DNA from: Candidatus Woesebacteria bacterium | GTDB lineage: Bacteria > Patescibacteriota > Microgenomatia > UBA8517 | Assembly: GCA_013426185.1 (NCBI GenBank) | Contig: CP058602.1 | Location: 206,873 to 270,872 of the forward strand | DNA length: 64,000 bases | Reading direction: 5' to 3' | In this document: piece after piece, positions 21,071-28,482 of the stretch | How the letters are laid out: each line of letters begins with the position of its first letter | Numbering within the stretch: position 1 is the stretch's first letter | The notes under the pieces: generated by a model | What the model saw: the letters and a program-made list of their open reading frames with translations, nothing else | The model's database searches: none | What the model was told of the DNA's origin: nothing | Position numbers and translations under genes: made by a program

Positions 21071-23017
21071 ATGAGAATAAACAAAAATTTAATTTCAATC
21101 ATTTTATCACTCTCACTCATAAATTACCTACTTTTACCCCGCTTAATAGCAAGACAGGCTGACGCACAAAACAGTGTACTTCTTTCTGACAATTTTGATG
21201 ATGGCGATTCTGATGGTTGGGAAGAACATACTTTCAATGGAGATTGGTTTGTAAATAACGGTGAGTACTGGGGAACAGCATCTCCGAGCGGAACGATAAG
21301 CAAAAATTCTTACACTGTTAGAGGAGATACTTCTTGGAAAAACTATAGCTACTCTGTAAAAGTAAGAAGTGAGGAAAAAGATGACGCTGACAAAATTATA
21401 TTCTTCTATTTCAATAAAGACCGAGCCGCATACGAGGTAAATCTCAGAAGCCAATACGACTCATCACATGGTAATGACATCGTACTATTTAAATCCCCCA
21501 ACTTAGACTCTACAGCAGGCAGTATTCTAAGTCAAAAAAACATAGACAATTACCCAAAAACAGACTATACAATAAAAGTAGAGGCAAGAAACATTGGGGA
21601 AGATGTACAGATAAAAATATATGTAGACTCCAAACTTCTTATCGAATATACAGACAAAAAGACAGAAAACAACACCCCAATATACAATGGAGCAGTAGGT
21701 TTGTTGGTCTGGACACAAACACCCCACACAACAGCTTTCGATGATGTTTTGGTGAAAAGCCTAGACACACCACCAACCCCACACGTTGAAAAAGTCATTC
21801 TTGCTCCTGGGATGGGGGCAAGTTGGAACACAGAGGCGATCCTCAATTGCAAGCTTAATGGATATCAAGGTAATTGGACAATGGCGCCTTTTGCTGAAGA
21901 CATTTATAACCCTCTGATCTCATCGCTTCAAGATAATGGTTTTCAAGTCATTCCTTTTTATTACGACTAGAGAAAACAAATTCAATCACACAGCACAAAC
22001 ATATCAAACTTAATAACAAACCTAAACCTTGGTGAGAATGAAAAAGTTGATTTTGTTGGTCACAGTATGGGTGGTCTTGTCGGCAGAGCCTATCTTGAAA
22101 GTGGCAGCGATAAAATCTACAAATACATTTCAGCAGGATCACCTCATCAGGGGACTGCTCTTGCCTACCCTGCGTGGTACGGAGGCGAGATATGGAATAA
22201 CAGTTTGGTAACCAAAATCGCAGCCACACTTCTGATTAAGCGCTGCGGAATCAATCACAAAAACGATATGGAAACACTAAGAGAAATCGCCCCTTCTTTT
22301 CGAGATCTACTTCCAATTTATCCATTCCTCATAGATAAAAAAACAGGAATTCTCAAAGGTATAGACACAAATCAATGGCTTGGGAAAAGCGTGTTTCCGC
22401 CAACTGGGACAGCTACAATCATAGCTACTCTTTCGGGAAATGGTTTTGATACCCTAGAAAACATTATAACAAAAGAACCTTCTAAAAAGGAAAAGAAACT
22501 CGGTCTTTGGGAAGAAGGCAAGCCAGCAGGAAAAGAAACAACAACTAAGGGAGACGGAACTGTGCTTTCAAAAAGCGCCAAAATAGAAAATAAAAAGGTT
22601 ACAAACTTTGAAATTAATCAAAACCATGGAGGTCTAGTGACATCACAGGAAGGAATAAATACCATCATAAATTTTCTTAAGGGAGAAAAATCAGCTCTAT
22701 CAGCAACGTCTTTAATCACTGGTGAAGAACCAAAATCCGCACTGGTAATGATAGCCTACCCGTCTACTTTTGTCTCAATTGATCCTCAAGGGAAAATCAA
22801 AAGAGACAAACACAATGTGGTAACTCAAATTAATCCCAAATCAGGAAAATACAAAGTTGGCTTTCTTCCTCTTGCTGATGAATCAACTCTCCTTATCGGG
22901 CAATTCCTTAAAAATGGCGACTATTCCTGGAAAGAATACAAAATAAAAGGAAGATTACCTTTTGCCAAGACTATAAAATTTGACGAGAATACTCTCACTG
23001 AAAATCCCCTGCAATAA
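21071..23017 (+). pseudogene. Secreted beta-sandwich domain plus PGAP1/LCAT-like alpha/beta hydrolase, split by one in-frame TAG at 21968-21970
   Basis: ORFs 21035..21970 and 22067..23017 share a frame; reading through gives PFYYD*RKQIQ...VDFVGHSMGGL (GxSxG nucleophile); also APGMG, AGSPHQG, GDGTV, NHG. Confidence 0.85.
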
Positions 23018-23046
23018 TTAAGGTCTATTTTACTACATCTAATCAT

Positions 23047-23135
23047 AAAGCCACGCGCTTTAGCGTGTGGATGTAGAATAGTTTAGATGGAGCCAAGAAA
23101 GCCACGGCCTTTAGGCCGTGGATTTTTTACTTCAC
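23047..23135 (+). mobile_element. ORF-less IS200/IS605-like element (left and right end hairpins; PATE/MITE-like)
   Basis: Two similar hairpins in direct orientation: AAAGCCACGCGCTTTAGCGTGTGG (23047-23070) and AAAGCCACGGCCTTTAGGCCGTGG (23098-23121); preceded by TCAT, followed by TTAC/TCAC. Confidence 0.65.
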
Positions 23136-23157
23136 AATTACAAAAAAATATTTTTAT

Positions 23158-23187
23158 TTGTATCCGTGTACTAGTACACGGATACAA
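23158..23187. repeat. Perfect 30-bp palindrome
   Basis: TTGTATCCGTGTACT|AGTACACGGATACAA equals its own reverse complement, with no spacer. Confidence 0.95.
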
Positions 23188-23359
23188 CACACAAATAGAT
23201 ATCTGTCAAATATCAAGAATAAAGAATCTCTTACAAAAAATAGATCAGCGTATATCAGGCTTGCCACCAAAAATTAAAAAAGAAGCCGATACATAGGACA
23301 CAAGAATAAAAATTATATATTCCGAAATTAAACTTTCTTGAACTTGAAAAAACAAACAA

Positions 23360-24034
23360 CTACTTCCACCTGAAGCTTGACTTAAACCAGAAAAGCAATT
23401 TTTGGAGAACAATCAAAGATACCACAATCACAAAAAACAAAAGAAAGTAAAAGAGGTATCCTTTGGGTGAAAAATCAGATCCTACAAAGAAAGCGTGAGG
23501 GGCAATGATTAAAAACAAAACATAATTAAGGTAATGAAAATAGCGCCAGTTTTCTTTCCACCAAGGCCTACTTCTTAAAACAGCCGCAATAACAGCAAGA
23601 GTCAAAAGATAAAATCCAAATCTGCCAAATGAATAAAAAAGCTCAAGCTTTGTTCTGCAAAGAATGCAAAAATCAACAAAAACATAAAAAGGGTTAAAGC
23701 CCTTTTTGGCGACAAAATTGAAAAAAAGCAAAGAAAAAGTATGAAGTAAAACCAAAAAATAAGCCACCCTGCCCTGCCAAATATGGAAATTCATTACCCA
23801 ACCACCCAATATTGAGGACCATTTTGGCCGATAAGCGCCTATTACTATCTGCACAAAAAGCAAGAATAAAGCCAAAGAACCGGATAATCTTTGCAATAAA
23901 TTCAAAACAGTCAAAGCAAAGTTGTAACTTTTATAGGCAGAAATAGCTTGAAAAACACTATTCAAGATACTGAAAGAGAAAAACAAAATAACAGAAATAT
24001 AAAAAAATAAAAAAATACGCGAGTTTTTATTCAT
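23360..24034 (-). CDS. Ferric-reductase-like transmembrane (di-heme b) domain protein
   Basis: About 6 TMs with paired histidines (FHIWQG...LLH; WRYFHYLNY...APH). Confidence 0.7.
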   Translation of the reverse strand: MNKNSRIFLFFYISVILFFSFSILNSVFQAISAYKSYNFALTVLNLLQRLSGSLALFLLFVQIVIGAYRPKWSSILGGWVMNFHIWQGRVAYFLVLLHTFSLLFFNFVAKKGFNPFYVFVDFCILCRTKLELFYSFGRFGFYLLTLAVIAAVLRSRPWWKENWRYFHYLNYVLFLIIAPHAFFVGSDFSPKGYLFYFLLFFVIVVSLIVLQKLLFWFKSSFRWK

Positions 24035-24048
24035 ATAACTTTAAGCAG

Positions 24049-24122
24049 TGCTCGTGCCTGGACTCGAACCAGGGACCTTTCGGATGTGAACCGAACGCTC
24101 TAACCAACTGAGCTACACGAGC
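24049..24122 (-). tRNA. tRNA-Val(CAC)
   Basis: Reverse complement GCTCGTGTAGCTCAGTTGGTTAGAGCG TTCGGTT CAC ATCCGAA...GGTTCGAGTCCAGGCACGAGCA. Confidence 0.95.
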
Positions 24123-24212
24123 AAAACAGGTTCTTAAACTAATATTTTAGCACCTTTTCATCAGCCATTTCCAGAATTGACAAAGAACTACAAAAGCCAT
24201 AAAGTTAAATTT

Positions 24213-25289
24213 GTGTTTGGAATCAAGAAAGAAAAAGAAATACCTCTAGCTTTATCTTACGATGATGTGCTTTTAGTGCCCCAGCATTCAGAGATCAATA
24301 GCAGGCAAGATGTAGATCTGACTACTCAAATTACCCCTCGAGTTACCCTAAAAATCCCTCTTATCAGCGTTAATATGACTGATGTTACAGGAGTAAGAAT
24401 GGCAGTTGCTTTAGGCCAACTTGGCGGCATTGGTTTTCTGCCTCGCTTTAACGCCATTGAAGAAGAAGTACAAATGGTAAAAGAGGTAAAACAAGAGGGA
24501 GTTAAAGTTGGCGCGGCTGTTGGCATAAGAGATGGGGAATTAGAAAGAGCTAAAGCTCTAGTTGAAGCAGGAGCTGATATTCTCACAATCGATGTAGCCC
24601 ATGGTGCTCTGCAAAAAGCTATAGATGTTACAAAAACGCTCAAAAGACTCTATGGAAATAAAGTAGATATCGTCTCAGGAGTTGTAGCGACATACGAGGC
24701 AGCCTGTGATCTTTTTAAGGCAGGTGCTGATTCTGTTAGAGTTGGAGTCGGTCCGGGGACAATTTGCACCACGAGAATTACCACCGGAGCTGGAGTGCCA
24801 CAGATTACTGCTTTGCTTGAAGCCGCAAAAGCAGCTCGAAAATTTAAAAAGACTATTCTTTGCGACGGCGGGACAAAAAATCCTGGTGACATTATGAAAG
24901 GGCTTGCAGCAGGAGCCTCAGCGGTTGTCATTGGCAGTCAATTTGCAGGCTGCGACGAATCAGAAGGAGAGATAGTCATCAAAGATGGCAAAAAATACAA
25001 GGCCTACAACGCCTCAACTTCAAAAGCTGAAAAAGAAAAACATACACAAAAGATAAACACCAGCTCAAATTATCTCAAGCATATTGAAGGAATTGAAAGC
25101 CTAGTTCCCTACCGTGGCCCTTTAAGCGAAATCGTTTCTTATCTAGAAGCTAGCTTAAGAGCCGGTTTTTCCTATTCTGGAGCCAAAAATATAAAAGAAC
25201 TCTGGAAAAAGGCAAGATTTGTCCAAGTTACTCCTCAAGGTCAAAGAGAAAGCGGATATCATGACGTTATCCCCAATTTTGACAATTGA
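24213..25289 (+). CDS. guaB: IMP dehydrogenase/GMP reductase family protein lacking CBS domains
   Basis: LSYDDVLLVP, IDVAHG, GVGPGTICTTR catalytic Cys; GTG 24213 follows TTGACA-17-TAAAGT. Confidence 0.85.
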   Translation: MFGIKKEKEIPLALSYDDVLLVPQHSEINSRQDVDLTTQITPRVTLKIPLISVNMTDVTGVRMAVALGQLGGIGFLPRFNAIEEEVQMVKEVKQEGVKVGAAVGIRDGELERAKALVEAGADILTIDVAHGALQKAIDVTKTLKRLYGNKVDIVSGVVATYEAACDLFKAGADSVRVGVGPGTICTTRITTGAGVPQITALLEAAKAARKFKKTILCDGGTKNPGDIMKGLAAGASAVVIGSQFAGCDESEGEIVIKDGKKYKAYNASTSKAEKEKHTQKINTSSNYLKHIEGIESLVPYRGPLSEIVSYLEASLRAGFSYSGAKNIKELWKKARFVQVTPQGQRESGYHDVIPNFDN

Positions 25290-25330
25290 CTATTACCACA
25301 ATCTTGAATTAGTATTTAAGAGATAAAAAT

Positions 25331-25894
25331 ATGAGAACTATCAAAAAACTTGGATCTTTTTTCTTTGACATACTTCAGACGGTAGTGTTTGCTATCTCAA
25401 TCTTTCTTTTTATCTATCTCCTTCTTTTTCAACCCCATAAAATCAAAGGAGATTCAATGCAGCCAAATTACCCCGATGGTGAATTTTTGCTGACCAATAA
25501 AGTCACCTACCGGTTTAATCCTCCGCAAAGAGGCGATGTTATCGTATTTAAGGCTCCTGCTAACGAAGAGGATGACTATATCAAAAGAATAATCGGTCTT
25601 CCAGGAGAAACAGTTTCAATAAAAAACGGTCATGTTTATATCAATGGAAAAATGCTTGAAGAAAATTATCTCGCAAGCACTCTTTACACAAGCGGAGGAC
25701 TTTTTCTGCCAAATGATAAAGAAGTTGTTGTTCCTCAAGATCACTTTTTTGTCTTGGGAGACAATAGACCTTATTCCTCAGATTCACGGGCTTGGGGCTT
25801 TGTGCCAAAGCAAAACATCATTGGCAGAGCCTGGCTTGTCTATTGGCCACCGCAAAAAGCAGGATTTATCCCCAAAGTGGAATATAATTTCTAG
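25331..25894 (+). CDS. lepB: Signal peptidase I
   Basis: GDSMQP, YIKRIIGLPGE, LGDNR..SSDSR. Confidence 0.96.
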   Translation: MRTIKKLGSFFFDILQTVVFAISIFLFIYLLLFQPHKIKGDSMQPNYPDGEFLLTNKVTYRFNPPQRGDVIVFKAPANEEDDYIKRIIGLPGETVSIKNGHVYINGKMLEENYLASTLYTSGGLFLPNDKEVVVPQDHFFVLGDNRPYSSDSRAWGFVPKQNIIGRAWLVYWPPQKAGFIPKVEYNF

Positions 25895-26740
25895 TTAAGA
25901 AACTAAAGCTTTATATATTTTCTGAAGCCTTTCGTCTGTTTCCTCAGGAGTGCCTTTCAAAATAAAACTCACTCTTGTCTCCCGACGGGAACGAGAGAGT
26001 TTCACTTGGGTTGAGTTCTCTCGACCATCCTTCTCAAGTTTTTTCAAAGCCTGAAGCATTTCTTCCTGCATTCTATCTATTTCCTCTGAAATAATTCTCA
26101 TTTGAGACTCACGCGCTTGAGGCTTGGGTTTTTGTCCTGCCTTATGCTTCATCCTCCGTGCCAATTCTTCGGCTCTTCTGACTGAAGCTGACTCTCGAAG
26201 AATAATCTTATAAGCTTCAATCATTAATTCCTGATCTTCAATGCCAGCTAGCGCTCTTGCATGCCCCTCTGTTATCAATCCCGAAAGCAAACCGTCTTTT
26301 AGAGCATCAGGTAAAGCCAAAAGACGAATTGTATTTGAGACATAAGAAACAGACTTTCCGATCTTAATCGCAACCTCGGAAGTAGTCATCCCAAACTCAT
26401 TCATCAACCTCTCAAAACCTTTTGCTCTATCTATCGGATTCAAATCAACTCTCTGCACATTTTCAACCAATGCCATTTCAAGCATTCCTTTTGGAGTGGT
26501 TTCCCTAACAATACAAGGGACATGAGTCAAACCAGCTAATTTTGAAGCTCTCCAACGCCTCTCGCCTGCAATAATTTGATAACCAGCCGGAGTTTTAGCC
26601 ACAACCAGGGGCTCAAGGACACCATGCTCTTTTATAGAATCGACTAAATCAACTAGACTTTCAGGGGTGATTGCGCCTCTTGGCTGCAAAGGATTGGGGT
26701 TAATTTCATTTACATCAAGCTGGATTACTTCTTCAGCCAT
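25895..26740 (-). CDS. parB: ParB/Spo0J partition protein
   Basis: NPLQPR, IAGERRWRA, ENVQRVDL, HTH, GHARAL. Confidence 0.95.
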   Translation of the reverse strand: MAEEVIQLDVNEINPNPLQPRGAITPESLVDLVDSIKEHGVLEPLVVAKTPAGYQIIAGERRWRASKLAGLTHVPCIVRETTPKGMLEMALVENVQRVDLNPIDRAKGFERLMNEFGMTTSEVAIKIGKSVSYVSNTIRLLALPDALKDGLLSGLITEGHARALAGIEDQELMIEAYKIILRESASVRRAEELARRMKHKAGQKPKPQARESQMRIISEEIDRMQEEMLQALKKLEKDGRENSTQVKLSRSRRETRVSFILKGTPEETDERLQKIYKALVS

Positions 26741-26741
26741 A

Positions 26742-26993
26742 TCAATTCTTAACTATATAAGCCTCTTTTTTACCCTCTATAGTCCTAAACTTAACAATTC
26801 CTGACTCAACCGCATATAAAGTATGATCTCTCCCAACCTTTACTCCCTTACCCGCTCTAATTTTAGTTCCTCTCTGGCGAACCAAAATCTCACCTGCTGA
26901 AACTTCCTGACCATCCGCCACCTTGAGACCCAATCTTTTTCCTTCAGGTCTTACATGTTGAGTTGTTTTTCCACCTTGTTTCTTCTTAGACAT
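26742..26993 (-). CDS. rpmA: 50S ribosomal protein L27
   Basis: KRLGLK, ILVRQRGTK, GRDHTLYA. Confidence 0.97.
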   Translation of the reverse strand: MSKKKQGGKTTQHVRPEGKRLGLKVADGQEVSAGEILVRQRGTKIRAGKGVKVGRDHTLYAVESGIVKFRTIEGKKEAYIVKN

Positions 26994-27080
26994 ATTTTAA
27001 GACAATATAAACAAATTTTTCACAGCTGTCAAGAGGATTCATTAATATATATTTAGATATATTCTGTTAGAAGAACCGAG

Positions 27081-27389
27081 CTAAGCTAATTTAATTTCCT
27101 TAACTCTAACCTTAGTAAATAACGGCCTAAATCCATATCTTCTCCTATAGCGAGATTTAGCTTTGTATTTTAAAACCTCAACTTTTTCTCCCTTAACTTG
27201 ATCTAATACTTCAAGAACAACCTTGGCTTTCTCTAAAACTGGCTTCCCCACTTCCACCTTATTGTCGTCATCAAAAACAAGAAGCACTTCGGGCTCTATT
27301 TTTGAATCTAAATTTCTATCTACTAAAATCTCTTCCCCTTCCGAGACTTCATACTGTCTATTTTTTATTCTAATTACTGCTCTTTTCAT
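27081..27389 (-). CDS. rplU: 50S ribosomal protein L21
   Basis: AVIR...QYEVSEG, VGKP, KYKAKSRYRRRYG; start inferred. Confidence 0.95.
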   Translation of the reverse strand: MKRAVIRIKNRQYEVSEGEEILVDRNLDSKIEPEVLLVFDDDNKVEVGKPVLEKAKVVLEVLDQVKGEKVEVLKYKAKSRYRRRYGFRPLFTKVRVKEIKLA

Positions 27390-27432
27390 CACAAAGGATA
27401 TTTTAACCTCCAATCAAAATAAAAACAAGACC

Positions 27433-28482
27433 CTAACGTCTCCTTTTGGAGATTCCGTTTACGAGCCCCAAGGAAATCATAACCGAAATCAAGGAAGAGC
27501 CTCCAGATGAAAGGAGCGGTAAAGTAATTCCAGTCACAGGAACAAGGTTCATGTTCATACCAATATTAACAAGAACTTGAACCAAAAGAGTAAAGAAAAG
27601 ACCTGATAGAAAAGCTCTAACTGAATGCGACTTTGCTTCTAACATCAGTTTAGTTAGTCTCCAAAATAGAAAAAAATAAGCAATAAGAACAAACAAACTA
27701 CCCATAAATCCTAATTCCTCAGCAATTGCAGCGAAAACAAAATCAGTGTGTTTCTCAGGTAGGAACTGTAGTTGGGTTTGGACACCCTTACCCAATCCCC
27801 TGCCCAAAAATTGCCCTGCACCAACCGCCATCATAGATTGAATACTGTTGTAACCTGTACCAAAAGGATCAAGGGTGGGGTCCAGGAAAGTTTTAATCCT
27901 TTGCTTCTGATAAGGAGCAAGAAAGAGATAAAAAACGGGGATAATCAATGCAGAAAATAAAAGAGGTAAAAACAATTTCCTTCTGTCAATCGGCAAAAGC
28001 AAAAAAACTCCCAAAAAAGATACCGCTGTCAAAATAGAAACTCCTAGTGAAGGTTGAATTAAGATCAAAAATACAGGCAAAAAGAAAGATGCCAGAAAAA
28101 CAAAAAACCTTTTGGTCGTTAGCTTTTTGCTTGTCAGATAATCAGCCCAGAAAATAATCAAAAATGGTCTAACTATTTCTGCCGGCTGGATTGAAAAAGA
28201 ACCTAGAGGAATCCATCTGATAGAGCCTCTGGTAACTTCACCCACAAAAAGCACCAAAACCAACAAAAAAATAGAAAACCAATAAATATAGCGAGACAGA
28301 AAAGAGATAACTTCATAGTCCAACTTTGAAAAGACAATAAACAAAAGAATAGAAACTAAGATATAAAGATAATAGTTGGGAAACAGATAAGGTGAGATTG
28401 AATTTAGAATTAAAACACTAAGAGAAATAAGAAAAAATATGGGTATAACCAAAAAAAAATCAATCTTTTTTAAAGAGATCAT
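27433..28482 (-). CDS. rodA: SEDS family rod shape-determining protein RodA
   Basis: RWIPLG..IQPAE, QFLPEKHTDFVF, PVTGITLPLLSSGGSS. Confidence 0.9.
   Translation of the reverse strand: MISLKKIDFFLVIPIFFLISLSVLILNSISPYLFPNYYLYILVSILLFIVFSKLDYEVISFLSRYIYWFSIFLLVLVLFVGEVTRGSIRWIPLGSFSIQPAEIVRPFLIIFWADYLTSKKLTTKRFFVFLASFFLPVFLILIQPSLGVSILTAVSFLGVFLLLPIDRRKLFLPLLFSALIIPVFYLFLAPYQKQRIKTFLDPTLDPFGTGYNSIQSMMAVGAGQFLGRGLGKGVQTQLQFLPEKHTDFVFAAIAEELGFMGSLFVLIAYFFLFWRLTKLMLEAKSHSVRAFLSGLFFTLLVQVLVNIGMNMNLVPVTGITLPLLSSGGSSLISVMISLGLVNGISKRRR

Noticed and set aside
11829-23017. Genome-wide stop-codon reassignment (TGA or TAG)
   Set aside because: Conserved genes end normally at TAG (lepB 25894, FNR-like 11827) and TGA (guaB 25289, ftsZ); only one internal stop of each type was found, and none of the four tRNAs is a suppressor
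23087-23296. 69-aa ORF MEPRKPRPLGRG...
   Set aside because: Reads through the IS-like hairpin and the palindrome; no recognisable domain
9983-24122. Prophage or integrative island at a tRNA
   Set aside because: No integrase or phage genes, and no duplicated tRNA 3' ends noticed
25895-27080. oriC or canonical parS near parB
   Set aside because: No cluster of TTATCCACA boxes, no TGTTNCACGTGAAACA seen, no parA or dnaA, and no evident switch in strand bias
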